A stretch of 64,000 bases of DNA from an uncultured bacterium (GTDB lineage: Bacteria > JAGOEH01). The stretch is from the NCBI GenBank assembly GCA_964632485.1, contig CAZWDO010000015.1, forward strand, positions 1-64,000. Direction: 5' to 3'. The position numbers and the translations under genes are program-made. The notes beneath the pieces were generated by a model, which ran no database searches, was not told where the DNA came from, and was given only the letters and a program-made list of their open reading frames with translations. Shown one piece after another: positions 38,059 through 48,661 of the stretch; the stretch's first letter is position 1, and every line of letters starts with the position of its first letter.

Positions 38059-40214
38059 AAATTGCCCATATTCTTTGCGCAATACATGATGAAACTTATG
38101 CCCGGTTTCAGCATCTTTATCCAAATTTTCAATGGAAAAATTCCAATTACGAATACTATATAGTTAACGCTATAATGTTTGAAAATATTGATGTTTTCAT
38201 TTATAAACCATCTGCCTTGTTTAAAACAATGAATATTGTCAGCTTTTTGAGCTCAATCAAACATTATCGTGATATTCCGATTGTTTGCCTCGTTGATCAG
38301 GGAGACTCTCAGAATATGAATTTTGAAATGATCCGCTTTATCGATTATTTTACAATAGAAGATGAACTGGCAAGCATTTTGACGAAAATAGAGGAGAAAT
38401 ATGTGGGAGAGTCGTCGGTTCCACATCAGATCATTTCACGTAAAAAGATGTTGATTGTTGATAAAGATAAATCGTATCAGGAATTGTTATCTGCTATTTT
38501 TTCAAAGTATTATGATATTTGTTGCGAAGAAAATGGACAACAGGCGATCAAATTTGCATTGGAGATTGTTCCGGATATCATCATTTTGGATATTTCTCTG
38601 GATGGTGTCGACGGTTATACCGTCTGCCGTTTCATCCGCGAACATGCCCGAACCCGCCATATTCCTATTGTAATTCTAACTGAGATTATTGATACTACTT
38701 ACAAAGAGATTGCCCTTGAAATCGGGGTGTATGATTTTTTTAAAAAATCTGAATCTCCTAAAGCATTGGTAAAACGAATTGATTCAATTCTGACACCTGT
38801 TATCAATCCCTTCAAAAAAATTTTAATAGTTGAAGACTCTAATACGACCGCTTATTATTTGAAATATTTTTTGGAAAGGCATGATTATCAAACCGAGATC
38901 GCGTATAACGGGCTGGATGCTTTGCAGAAAGTCTATGTGTTTCGTCCCCATCTAATCATTTTAGATCTGGAAACGCCCATTATGAACGGTTTTCAGTTTT
39001 CTCGCATGCTTAGAACCGACCCTCATTATCAAAATCTTCCGGTTATTGCTCTGACGGGGATTTGGAAGAACAAACTCGGTAAATTTTATGCGGATGAAAT
39101 CGGAATGACTGAATATTTAACAAAACCTTATAACGATAAAATTCTTCTTACAAAAATCGAAAAATATCTGATTCATTCGACAACCGAAGAACTACCCACT
39201 CAATACTTTTCTTCAGTGGAACTTTTAGTAAAACTCAATGGATTGCTTGACCGATCATTACTGGAACTCTCCGTGCAGCGCGAAATTAAAAGTCTGAATC
39301 TGCATATAGAAAATTTTGGAAATTTTGTCAACCATTTAACAATTTTGATTAACCGTTTTTTTATTATTGAAAAGGCTTATCTTTTAGTACAAGATGATTT
39401 ACTCCATCATGTGGGGATCATTTACAATTCAACCCATACGAAAAACGAACTTATCGAAGAATTGGATTCACTGACCCGTGAGAGTTTGTGTGAATTCTAT
39501 GAGGTGATATTCACGCCCGAATCTTATTTTGAATTTGACTATCGGGCCAAGGACCAGGTCCGTGAAGACTATGAGATTGAATTTTTGAATGTCGATAAAA
39601 AAATAATCGGACGTTTAAAAATTAATGGTCGATTTTTCCCCGATGATTTTAATGTTTTAAAAATGTTTCATGAACAGTTGCAGCTACTGGTAAACAGTCT
39701 GCTATTGCAGTTACGGCTTCGACGATTATCTCAATATGATTATTTGACAAGCATATACAATCGTCAATACTTCGAGCAGGCGATGAACCGGGAGATTTCC
39801 CGCGCAGCGCGCCACCAATACGGTTTTAGTATTGTTATGTTCGATATCGATCATTTTAAACAAGTCAATGATCTTTATGGGCATCTTAATGGGGATTATG
39901 TGTTGAAAACATTAGCGCAAGAAATTAGGAAGAAACTCAGGGAAGAGGATACTTTTTGCCGCTACGGTGGTGAAGAGTTTGTGATCCTATTCAATGATAC
40001 TTTAGCCGATGCGGCATTTCAGGCCGCTGAAAAAATCCGCCTTCACGTGATGGAACTCATCTGGCCTTTTAGTGAACGGAAAATTACGATCAGTTGCGGA
40101 GTCAGCCAATATATTCCCGAGGAATCGTCCAAAGATTTGATCCGACGTGTCGATTGCGCATTATATTATGCAAAGAATCACGGCCGGAATCAGTCTCATC
40201 TGATGATGATGTGA
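38055..40214 (+). CDS. Response-regulator diguanylate cyclase (2 REC + GGEEF)
   Basis: Two REC domains (IILD), DIDHFKQVND, RxxD I-site REED, RYGGEEF. Confidence 0.92.
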   Translation: MKIAHILCAIHDETYARFQHLYPNFQWKNSNYEYYIVNAIMFENIDVFIYKPSALFKTMNIVSFLSSIKHYRDIPIVCLVDQGDSQNMNFEMIRFIDYFTIEDELASILTKIEEKYVGESSVPHQIISRKKMLIVDKDKSYQELLSAIFSKYYDICCEENGQQAIKFALEIVPDIIILDISLDGVDGYTVCRFIREHARTRHIPIVILTEIIDTTYKEIALEIGVYDFFKKSESPKALVKRIDSILTPVINPFKKILIVEDSNTTAYYLKYFLERHDYQTEIAYNGLDALQKVYVFRPHLIILDLETPIMNGFQFSRMLRTDPHYQNLPVIALTGIWKNKLGKFYADEIGMTEYLTKPYNDKILLTKIEKYLIHSTTEELPTQYFSSVELLVKLNGLLDRSLLELSVQREIKSLNLHIENFGNFVNHLTILINRFFIIEKAYLLVQDDLLHHVGIIYNSTHTKNELIEELDSLTRESLCEFYEVIFTPESYFEFDYRAKDQVREDYEIEFLNVDKKIIGRLKINGRFFPDDFNVLKMFHEQLQLLVNSLLLQLRLRRLSQYDYLTSIYNRQYFEQAMNREISRAARHQYGFSIVMFDIDHFKQVNDLYGHLNGDYVLKTLAQEIRKKLREEDTFCRYGGEEFVILFNDTLADAAFQAAEKIRLHVMELIWPFSERKITISCGVSQYIPEESSKDLIRRVDCALYYAKNHGRNQSHLMMM

Positions 40215-41326
40215 GCATCATAACTGATGACTTCGATTGGCGCCAGGATACAATCCTGAAACAATAATTGTAGGGTTTCAAATCTTAATTCGCCTTCACC
40301 GGTTTGCAGTTTGCGAAAGTGGAATGTAGCAATTTTCCCGGGTGTATTCAATGGTAACTGCATATACGTCCCCCACGGATAAACATAACCAATATACTTA
40401 ATTGTCCAATCTGTAACATTTCCCGCTTTTCCATCCGTACCCTGGATATTGGGCCAATTTAGAAAATGAATGCTGTTATAAGCAGAATTTGAAGCCAACT
40501 CACCCTTGTCCATACTGAGATAACTCAGGGATTGAGTCGGAAAATAAAATTGAAACCGGACGGCAAACAGATCAATGATGTTCTCACAATAAACATCGAT
40601 ATCCACCGTATCGCCCTCACTAATGATGGTATCCGGCAGGAAGTAGATTTTGGGGAGAGGATTGGTGCGAAACAAAGAATCCCAGGCAGGCGTTACAAAG
40701 TTTCCGCAATTATCTTCCAGGGCAATCCCATAATGATAAACTGTCTCCGGAGTTAATCCGTCAATCCGCTGATAATGGGTGGTTTTACTTTGAGTAATAA
40801 TAATGGAATCAGTGTAGTTGGCAGATAGTCCATAGAAAATTTTGGGTTTTGCCGGACTGGAAAGTCGCATATATATCAGCGCATAGGTGGTCCCTTGCTT
40901 GGTTTGGAGGCTGTCGATGGAGGGAATCGCGCCTGATCCCTTTTCGGCGATAAATGTTTCTTCATCGAGGCTTGCGGTATCTTTGGCGCTGGCAAAAGCA
41001 ATAATCTTTATATAGTAACGCTGATTAGCCAGCACGGGATAAAGAGTAAAATCGAATTGGGTCCTTTCCGGCGCTGAGGATGTCAACGAATCGGTATAGA
41101 TTCCGCTGGACCTTCCCCAGTACACCCTGGCAGTCGCATTAATATTTGTTTTGAAAGTGGCGCGATATCGCAAGGTATCGGCGCAGGGATCACTCTCACC
41201 GCCATCATCAATGAAAATCGTCAACGAACTAATGACAATCGAAGATTGCTGATTCGTAGATGAATTTGTCCCGCACTGAAAGATCATCATAAAAAATAAT
41301 ATTAAAACCATTGTTGAAATTTTCAC
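40196..41326 (-). CDS. Putative lipoprotein with FN3-like repeats and C-terminal cohesin-like domain
   Basis: Signal peptide ending IFQC; GLTPETVYHY FN3 motif; GDTVDIDV...FAVRFQFYF...GKIATFHF beta-sandwich. Confidence 0.65.
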   Translation of the reverse strand: MKISTMVLILFFMMIFQCGTNSSTNQQSSIVISSLTIFIDDGGESDPCADTLRYRATFKTNINATARVYWGRSSGIYTDSLTSSAPERTQFDFTLYPVLANQRYYIKIIAFASAKDTASLDEETFIAEKGSGAIPSIDSLQTKQGTTYALIYMRLSSPAKPKIFYGLSANYTDSIIITQSKTTHYQRIDGLTPETVYHYGIALEDNCGNFVTPAWDSLFRTNPLPKIYFLPDTIISEGDTVDIDVYCENIIDLFAVRFQFYFPTQSLSYLSMDKGELASNSAYNSIHFLNWPNIQGTDGKAGNVTDWTIKYIGYVYPWGTYMQLPLNTPGKIATFHFRKLQTGEGELRFETLQLLFQDCILAPIEVISYDAHIIIR

Positions 41327-41489
41327 CTAATTTCCTGCCTTTCAGGTCAATTGCATTTCTGATGAGATGAATCCTTCCGCTTTACAGAGCCAGTACCATT
41401 ATCATTGAGCCGGGTAATACGCTGAAACGGGTATTCAAATCTGTTTAACTACCATACTAATAAATAATATCGACACAAATTCATAAATA

Positions 41490-42389
41490 TTAATCATAAA
41501 AGGTAACATTTTTTAAACCGTATAATTGAGCCATGAAACGGATTTTATTGATTTCCTGATAATTCAGACGGCGTTTGAGCGATGGATTCTGTGTGGCTCG
41601 ATAATCGGGCTGATAATCCAAAAAGATGCTGACTATCAGTTGAGTATTGATATGCTTGATTTCCTGGAATATCAGCTCGCTTTGACAAATATTGTTGGGT
41701 AATACCAAATGTCGTACGATCACACCTGTATGGATCAAATGGTCGGGACTAATAATCGATTGTTTTTGCTGTTGATTTATTTCATTCAGGGCGCGGAAAC
41801 TGATGCGTGGATAATTGATGGCCAGGGAAAACAGTTTTGCAATTTTTTTATCCCCATATTTTAAGGAAATAATATAGACATCTACGATTCCATCCAATAA
41901 ACGCAGCATTTTCAAAGAATCGAAACCCCCCGTATTATAAATGAGCGGAATATTTAATCCATTTTGATACGCAATGAGCAGGGCATGCATAATTTGAGGG
42001 CTAACATGTGTTGGTGATATCAGGTTAATGTTTTGGGCTCCGGAGGACTGAAGCCTTAAAAATAACTCGGCCATCGTTTCCGGCGTGTAAGCTGTTCCTT
42101 CATGAGTCTGGCTGATCCGGTATTGGTTGCAATAAATACAGCGCATGTTGCAGGATGTGAAAAAAACCATTCCGGATGCGCCGGGACCATTGAGAATCGG
42201 TTCCCGTTCTTTTTTGATTTTCGTTTTCGCGATATATGCTTCTTTGCCAATACCGCAAAACCCCTTATCATCCTTGGTCCGATTTACATTACAGTTACGC
42301 GGACAGACACAACAACTTTTCATATAGTCCTGAGCGATTGGGATATGGTTTTCCAGTATATGAATTTTCTGCTGAATCTCGGGTGACAT
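41490..42389 (-). CDS. Radical SAM protein, PflX-like
   Basis: CPRNC, CNMRCIYC, NINLISPTH, VRHLVLP. Confidence 0.88.
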   Translation of the reverse strand: MSPEIQQKIHILENHIPIAQDYMKSCCVCPRNCNVNRTKDDKGFCGIGKEAYIAKTKIKKEREPILNGPGASGMVFFTSCNMRCIYCNQYRISQTHEGTAYTPETMAELFLRLQSSGAQNINLISPTHVSPQIMHALLIAYQNGLNIPLIYNTGGFDSLKMLRLLDGIVDVYIISLKYGDKKIAKLFSLAINYPRISFRALNEINQQQKQSIISPDHLIHTGVIVRHLVLPNNICQSELIFQEIKHINTQLIVSIFLDYQPDYRATQNPSLKRRLNYQEINKIRFMAQLYGLKNVTFYD

Positions 42390-42403
42390 AACGGCCCAAC
42401 AGA

Positions 42404-44167
42404 TCAGATCGAATTAATGTGCTTCATAAATTCATCTTCAAGTAGTTTGATTTTATTCTTACCCTGAATGATCAGTTCGTCAATGGTTGAAATGGGTGGC
42501 AGCATTGTTCCGAAATAAAATTTAATTTTGGGCTCGGTACCCGATGGTCTGGCGGAAATTTTGCTGCCGTCTTCTAAAACAAAAGTCAGAACGTTGCTTT
42601 GAGGTTGAGGTAAGGAGAACTGATCGCCGGTTACTAAGTTTTTTCCTGATTGAAGCAAATAATCCCGAATTTCCACCACTTTTGAAGAACCGATATGGCG
42701 CGGAGAATGCTGACGAAGAGCGTCCATGATCAATTTGATTTTCTCCTGGCCTTCTACACCTTTCATATTGACATTGATCAGAGATTCCGTATGATAGCCA
42801 AATGTTAAATAGAGCTGAACCATGACGTCATAAAGAGTCTTTCCCAGTTTTTTGTAGTAAGCGCACATTTCACTGATCAGCGCGCAGGCAAGGACGGCAT
42901 CTTTATCGCGTACAAAAGTTCCCGCCAGGTAACCATAGCTTTCTTCAGAACCGAACACAAATTGTTTCCGATTATCCAATTCAGTTTCAAAAAGCCGCAT
43001 TTGTTCGGCAATATATTTAAATCCGGTTAAAACTTCGACACATTCAGCTTTATACCGATCGGCAATTCGATTTTGCAAATCCGAAGTAACAATCGTTTTT
43101 ATTAGAACCGGGTTCGGTGGGAGTTTATGGCTTGCTTCCAGGGATTCAAACAGGTAATATGCTAACAACGCGCTAGTCTGATTCCCATTAAAATAATAAT
43201 AACGATCCAAGTGGCGCGCGACGACGGCCATCCGGTCACTATCGGGATCGGTAGCCAGAATCAGATCGGCCTCATGAAGGTGAGCAAGCTTCTCCGCATA
43301 TTCAAAGGCCTCCGGGTTTTCTGGATTGGGAGATTTAACGGTAGAAAATTCAGGATCATACACACATTGTTCTTTAACGGGGATGATATGGTTAAATCCG
43401 CGTTCTGTTAATGCCCGGATGACGTAACGATATCCGGCCCCGTGCAGGGGAGTATAGACAATTTTAATATTCGGGTCAAAATCGTCACGGAAGCGCAATT
43501 TGTTAAGATTATCATAATAGGTTTCTACAAGATTATCGCTGATAAACTCTACTTTTTGGGCTTGTAAGGCATCTTCCCAGGCGATATGTTTAATATTCGA
43601 AAAATCATTAATCGCATTGACCTGGTCAATAATGCCATCATCATGAGGCGCAACGACCTGTCCGCCATCATCCCAATAGACCTTGTAGCCGTTGTATTGG
43701 GGAGGATTATGGCTGGCAGTTACCATAATTCCAGCCTGGGCGCGCAATTCCTGTACGGCAAAGCTTAATAGGGGAGTGGGAGCCAGTTCCGGGAATAGAA
43801 ATGCGCGAATTCCATTGGCGGCAAGGACTCCCGCCGCTTCCCGGGCAAATTCAGGACTGAAATGACGATTGTCATAAGAAATAGCAACCCGCGGTTCTTC
43901 CATAGAGGGGAATTGCTGGTTAATATAATTGGCCAGCCCCTGGGTCGCTCGTCGGACAACATACGGATTCATCCGATTGGTACCCGCGCCAATAATTCCT
44001 CTTAATCCTCCGGTGCCAAATTCTAAATCCTGGTAAAATCGTTCGGTCAGTTCCTTCGAATTATTATCGTCCAATAATGATTGTATTTCTTTTTGGGTTT
44101 GTGGGTCAAAATAGCGATCCGTTGCCCAATACTGCGCTCGTAGTATGATTTCATCAAAATTCAGCAT
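42404..44167 (-). CDS. Phosphoglucomutase/phosphomannomutase
   Basis: FGTGGLRG, TASHNP, DPDSDR, EESYG, RPSGTEPKIK. Confidence 0.95.
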   Translation of the reverse strand: MLNFDEIILRAQYWATDRYFDPQTQKEIQSLLDDNNSKELTERFYQDLEFGTGGLRGIIGAGTNRMNPYVVRRATQGLANYINQQFPSMEEPRVAISYDNRHFSPEFAREAAGVLAANGIRAFLFPELAPTPLLSFAVQELRAQAGIMVTASHNPPQYNGYKVYWDDGGQVVAPHDDGIIDQVNAINDFSNIKHIAWEDALQAQKVEFISDNLVETYYDNLNKLRFRDDFDPNIKIVYTPLHGAGYRYVIRALTERGFNHIIPVKEQCVYDPEFSTVKSPNPENPEAFEYAEKLAHLHEADLILATDPDSDRMAVVARHLDRYYYFNGNQTSALLAYYLFESLEASHKLPPNPVLIKTIVTSDLQNRIADRYKAECVEVLTGFKYIAEQMRLFETELDNRKQFVFGSEESYGYLAGTFVRDKDAVLACALISEMCAYYKKLGKTLYDVMVQLYLTFGYHTESLINVNMKGVEGQEKIKLIMDALRQHSPRHIGSSKVVEIRDYLLQSGKNLVTGDQFSLPQPQSNVLTFVLEDGSKISARPSGTEPKIKFYFGTMLPPISTIDELIIQGKNKIKLLEDEFMKHINSI

Positions 44168-44181
44168 GACTATAACTCCTT

Positions 44182-44997
44182 TTAAGTATTTTTCTTTTTT
44201 AATAAGACCGAAGCTTTTTCCAATACTCTCTTCTCATTGCGTGTCAAGCTATCTATCCCTTTTTCATTGATTTTATCCAATATTAAATCTACTTGCTCCT
44301 TAGTCTCTTTTAATTCACGAACCCGTTTTTCATGTTGAATTTTGAGTTTCCGCGTACGGTAGGCCTTAAACAGTTCTTTGAGTCGAAGATGATTGATACG
44401 CAGATTTTGCTTTTTTAAATAGACAAAAGCGATAATGATTCCACCCAAATGCGCAAAATGCGCAATACCATCGGAATTATAGCCAATACCCATAAAAAAT
44501 TCGATGACTACGTAAAACATGGCGAGATATTTAGCCTTTACCGGCATAATACCATAGATATATAGATAGCGGTTAGGGAAAGTAATTGCATAAGCCGTCA
44601 ACAAGCCCATAATCGCTCCGGATGCGCCAATGGTGGGAACCGTCGAGTTTAAGCCCGTGATCCAGGTAAAAATTCCAGCTCCGATCCCCGTGATAAAATA
44701 AAATTTGATAAATTCGCGCGGACCCCATAGAAATTCCAATTCACGCCCAAAAATCCATAAGGCGAACATATTGAAAAATAGATGCATAAAATCTCCATGG
44801 AGAAATATATAAGTAACTAATTGCCATATCATTAACCGCGAAAATACATATGCGGGAATTAATCCGAACAATGATTCTATCGGTGATCCAAAATAACGGG
44901 CCGCCAATTGAAAAAGGAAAATTCCGCCTGTAATGGCTAAAATTTTTTCAACCGTATGCTCAAGTTGAAACTGATACCATGGTTTTGTCTGATACAT
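44182..44997 (-). CDS. Rhomboid intramembrane serine protease with C-terminal helical domain
   Basis: HLFFNM, GASG, AHLGG; ILDKINEKG tail. Confidence 0.93.
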   Translation of the reverse strand: MYQTKPWYQFQLEHTVEKILAITGGIFLFQLAARYFGSPIESLFGLIPAYVFSRLMIWQLVTYIFLHGDFMHLFFNMFALWIFGRELEFLWGPREFIKFYFITGIGAGIFTWITGLNSTVPTIGASGAIMGLLTAYAITFPNRYLYIYGIMPVKAKYLAMFYVVIEFFMGIGYNSDGIAHFAHLGGIIIAFVYLKKQNLRINHLRLKELFKAYRTRKLKIQHEKRVRELKETKEQVDLILDKINEKGIDSLTRNEKRVLEKASVLLKKKNT

Positions 44998-45193
44998 AGT
45001 TTATAAAATAAGATAAAATATCCCTATTGTCAATATTTTTTTATAAATATTCATTGATTTTTAGCCGTATTCATTATTATATTAGAAACCAACGTAAGTT
45101 TGATTTTAAATATACAGATAAAATCTGAACGGAAATTTTATCTGAATATTTAATGAGAAGTAGTCTGAAAACTAAAAATGGGAGCAATAATAT

Positions 45194-46438
45194 ATGTTGC
45201 CTATTGCGCTTAGCTCTGAACATAAAATGAAATGGCTAATCTATGTATGCTATCACTTTCCAAAGATATCGGAAACTTTTATACTGGAAGAATTGCGCCA
45301 TTTATCTCACTGTTACTTATTAGCGGTTGTAGCGCTTAATAATCCCCGCGAAAATGGAATTGAAACCCCTCCCTATTTACAGCAGATTTTTTATTTTGAG
45401 AATACATTTCGAACAAAAAAGGGGTATCAGCATTTAGTTCAAGCGATTTTATGGTTCCTAATCCGGCGTCCAATCCGTCTTCTTGAAGCATGGGCGTTAC
45501 TACCGGACTGCAAACAATGGACTCTTTATCTTGCTGGAATACTTTTTGCATTTAAGTACCGTTCAATCTCACCGATGCATATTCATGCGACATTTTCCGC
45601 TGAAAGCGCCACAATGGCTGCGATAATGGCAAAACTTCTCAATCAATCATATTCGGTGACAGACCAGGCCCAGGATTATATCGCTAAAATGACTGGAATC
45701 TATGCTCATTTAAAGCAAAGCTCTTTATTTTTTACCAGTTGTCTTTATACTAAAAAACAATTACTCAAACAAAATCCTTATATCCCCTCAGAGAAAATCA
45801 AAATTGTATATTCCGGAATCGATCCTGATCGGTTTCAACCCTCAGCGGAGTTGAACCCCGACAATCGATATCGATTAATTACAGTGACCCGTTTTATTGA
45901 TACAAAAGGGTTACCTGATATTTTCCATGCGCTGGCCCTAATTATAAAAGATTATCCCTTTATTCAATATGATCTTATCGGTAGTGGCCCACTTCAATCT
46001 GCACTTTATCGTCTGGCTGTTAATCTTCAGATCAATGACTTGATTCATTGGCGGAATGTTATTCCCAATCAGCAATTACCAGACTATTATCGACAAGCGT
46101 CAATATTTATCTTACCCTGTGTAATTACACCGCGTTTGGTAGAGGATAGCCTTCCCTTGGTGATCGGAGAGGCCATGGCTGCTGAGTTGGTTGTTATCAC
46201 AACACCGGTCGGAGGGATCCATGAATTGGTAAAACACAATTACAATGGAATTATCGTAAAACCGCGATCACCGCAAATGATTGCCTCCGCCATCCGACAT
46301 ATCTTTGAAGAAACCGAATTTTATCGTCCTATTCGAATCAATGCGCGTACGTCAGTGATAAAATATTACAATTCCAAATTGGAAAAATTAAAATTAGTCG
46401 GTTTATACCGGCAATATGAAAAAAAATTATTTATATGA
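45194..46438 (+). CDS. Glycosyltransferase family 4 (WcaL-like)
   Basis: FPKISETFI, TKG, EAMA, GGIHELV. Confidence 0.9.
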   Translation: MLPIALSSEHKMKWLIYVCYHFPKISETFILEELRHLSHCYLLAVVALNNPRENGIETPPYLQQIFYFENTFRTKKGYQHLVQAILWFLIRRPIRLLEAWALLPDCKQWTLYLAGILFAFKYRSISPMHIHATFSAESATMAAIMAKLLNQSYSVTDQAQDYIAKMTGIYAHLKQSSLFFTSCLYTKKQLLKQNPYIPSEKIKIVYSGIDPDRFQPSAELNPDNRYRLITVTRFIDTKGLPDIFHALALIIKDYPFIQYDLIGSGPLQSALYRLAVNLQINDLIHWRNVIPNQQLPDYYRQASIFILPCVITPRLVEDSLPLVIGEAMAAELVVITTPVGGIHELVKHNYNGIIVKPRSPQMIASAIRHIFEETEFYRPIRINARTSVIKYYNSKLEKLKLVGLYRQYEKKLFI

Positions 46439-46612
46439 TAGTGTCAATATTTAAGATATGCGTCAATTGACTTAATATTTGGCATACAAATTTTTTCTTT
46501 AAATCAAATTATACTCAATATCAAATCTAAATTTAAAAAAGGCAGATTATAACCCATTGGTATTTAAGGGTTAAAAAAAAATATTCCACTAATTAAAATA
46601 ATATGATATGTT

Positions 46613-46628
46613 TGGCACGGAAGATGCA
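46613..46628 (+). promoter_or_regulatory. sigma54 (-24/-12) promoter
   Basis: TGGCACGGAAGATGCA: GG-N10-GC spacing, one mismatch to TGGCACG-N4-TTGCW. Confidence 0.7.
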
Positions 46629-46638
46629 ACTATTATAA

Positions 46639-46756
46639 GTACCCCTTTATAAAGATAAGATCGCGGGAGACCGCGAATCTTATCGACTCCCAACCCATTT
46701 TGCTTCAAAACCTCCAAAAAGACTGGGGCCCCCCAGGGTCCCAGTCTTTTTATTTT
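46639..46756 (+). ncRNA. Putative sigma54-dependent small RNA (about 115 nt)
   Basis: Downstream of the sigma54 motif with no plus-strand ORF; 13-bp stem with GAGA tetraloop, C-rich linker, intrinsic terminator. Confidence 0.55.
46716..46756. terminator. Bidirectional intrinsic terminator
   Basis: AAAAAGACTGGGGCCC-CCCA-GGGTCCCAGTCTTTTT-ATTTT. Confidence 0.85.
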
Positions 46757-46866
46757 GGTTTTCCAGTAAATCAATGATAATCAACGCTCAAAAATTTAAT
46801 GTCAATTAATTTTCCAACCTTGTATTTATTGAAGTAGATTATAAATTTATAACACGACGGCAACCA

Positions 46867-48384
46867 TTATTTCAAAAATTTTCCAATATGCGGCAATGCC
46901 TGAATCCATTCGGCGTGATGATGGCCGCCGGGATAGATATAGTACCGATGAGAAATAGAACGGGCAATCAACAGTCGATGAAATTCATCAACAACCGGTA
47001 ATAATCCCAGTTCATCGTTTTGGCCTACTCCCAACCAGATTGACGGGATAGATTTGATAACAGATTGATTTACAATAGTAAATGGGTTTTTGTCGCCGAT
47101 TGGGGCGTTCAATACACCCGCAATTGATATAATACCTTTGAACAAACCCGGATAGCGAAGCCCTATGCTCATGGCGGCTAAGCCTCCCAGAGAATAGCCC
47201 ATAATCCACCGAATCGGCGCATCTCCTGCCAGGCGCGCAAGTTTTTTTTCAGCGATGGGGATTAATTCTCGGATAAACGAGGCTTCATAATCAATTCCAG
47301 TCGCCGTATTCTTCATATAAGCGGAACCCGGACTGCCGGCTACGGCAATCATAATGAATTTTGGGAGATTACCCTGCCGTATAAGAGTGTCGTAAACGTT
47401 TGGCAAATTGCCCTGAACAAACATCCTGTGGCTTTCGCTACCGCCCCCGAAGGCATAAATAATCGGAAGGGGCGTTGAACAAGTTGCAAAATTTTCGGGT
47501 AAATATACTCCATAGGGGCGGAATTCACCGACGATCGGAGAAAAGTAGGTGTCTGTATAGCAGCGGGCCTGGTCACCTGTCCAGGAATGTCCCTCAAAAA
47601 AGAACGAATCAGGGTAAACATAGTATTCCCCTGTCTTTTTATCTTTTAATCTCAAATTGACCAGATAAGCGGTCCGATTATCCTGATACTCTTTTTGCGC
47701 TACAATTTCGGCATTTTCAATATCACTATTTGGATAAAAAACAGCCTGATACGATGAATGATTTAATATTTTCCGGTTATATCCTTTTTGGAAAAAAGTG
47801 GTATTAATTGATTGTGAATTGGAGTATTGTGGTCCTTTAATCGCCGATTCAATCCAAAGACGAGATAAGGGTGAAATATTAGGCGCGAATCGCCATTTTT
47901 CATTTTTAAAAAATAATGATGCGCTATAAAGCTCCGGAATATTATCCGGTAAGCCAATCTGGCCCTGGCGAGTATCTATCACCCACTGGATTCGGTGAAC
48001 TGTTCCTATTGTCCGCCCGGGGGGTATGATAAAAAAAAAATCAACCCAGTTTTCAGGTTTCCATCCATTGGTTTTGCTACCCGCGCTACCGATTAATTCA
48101 TTATCCCAATAGATGGATGCGATATCATAAATACGGCCTATTTTTAGAATTAACCACTCATTTTGTAAATAATTAGGTAATTTAACTTCATAATTCACTT
48201 TAATGTTTCTTAGATTTTTATATAATATTCTTGAAGATTTATCATTGACATAAAACTGTTTTATCTGATTATGTCCGATATCTATTTGATATGTACCGGT
48301 TAAAACTATTTGTGATATCGGTTGGCTATAAATTTGAGTGACAAAGAGGGCTAAAATGAGTAGTGAAGTGGTGAATCGAAGCAT
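46867..48384 (-). CDS. Secreted alpha/beta-hydrolase esterase (CE1/Fes-like) with N-terminal beta-sandwich
   Basis: Signal peptide; VYLP, GYSLGG nucleophile elbow, GQND, PGGH. Confidence 0.8.
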   Translation of the reverse strand: MLRFTTSLLILALFVTQIYSQPISQIVLTGTYQIDIGHNQIKQFYVNDKSSRILYKNLRNIKVNYEVKLPNYLQNEWLILKIGRIYDIASIYWDNELIGSAGSKTNGWKPENWVDFFFIIPPGRTIGTVHRIQWVIDTRQGQIGLPDNIPELYSASLFFKNEKWRFAPNISPLSRLWIESAIKGPQYSNSQSINTTFFQKGYNRKILNHSSYQAVFYPNSDIENAEIVAQKEYQDNRTAYLVNLRLKDKKTGEYYVYPDSFFFEGHSWTGDQARCYTDTYFSPIVGEFRPYGVYLPENFATCSTPLPIIYAFGGGSESHRMFVQGNLPNVYDTLIRQGNLPKFIMIAVAGSPGSAYMKNTATGIDYEASFIRELIPIAEKKLARLAGDAPIRWIMGYSLGGLAAMSIGLRYPGLFKGIISIAGVLNAPIGDKNPFTIVNQSVIKSIPSIWLGVGQNDELGLLPVVDEFHRLLIARSISHRYYIYPGGHHHAEWIQALPHIGKFLK

Positions 48385-48661
48385 TTATCTTCCTTTGTGG
48401 GGTTCTGATTTGCGGATAATGGATTCAATGCTGGATCGCTCCATATTGAATTTGTGTGAAACGCATTTGGGATTGTTTTAAGTAGATCAAAAAAATCCCG
48501 GAACAGTTTCTATTTAGAGTATAAGGACCAAAACCAATATAAACATAACTATTAAAAAATGTCAAGCAATAATATTGGGGAATGAAAAATTTTGATTTTT
48601 TTCTTGTCTTTATCAGGAAAAATGATTATTATATAGCAGGTTAAAACAAGAGGAGAGGTAC

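Noticed and set aside
41327-41489. Possible c-di-GMP riboswitch upstream of the FN3 lipoprotein
   Set aside because: Lacks the GGCAAAC/GACGCAAAG consensus elements
41490-42389. Radical SAM as partner of the AMMECR1 gene
   Set aside because: About 20 kb away and PflX-like rather than the AmmeMemoRadiSam enzyme
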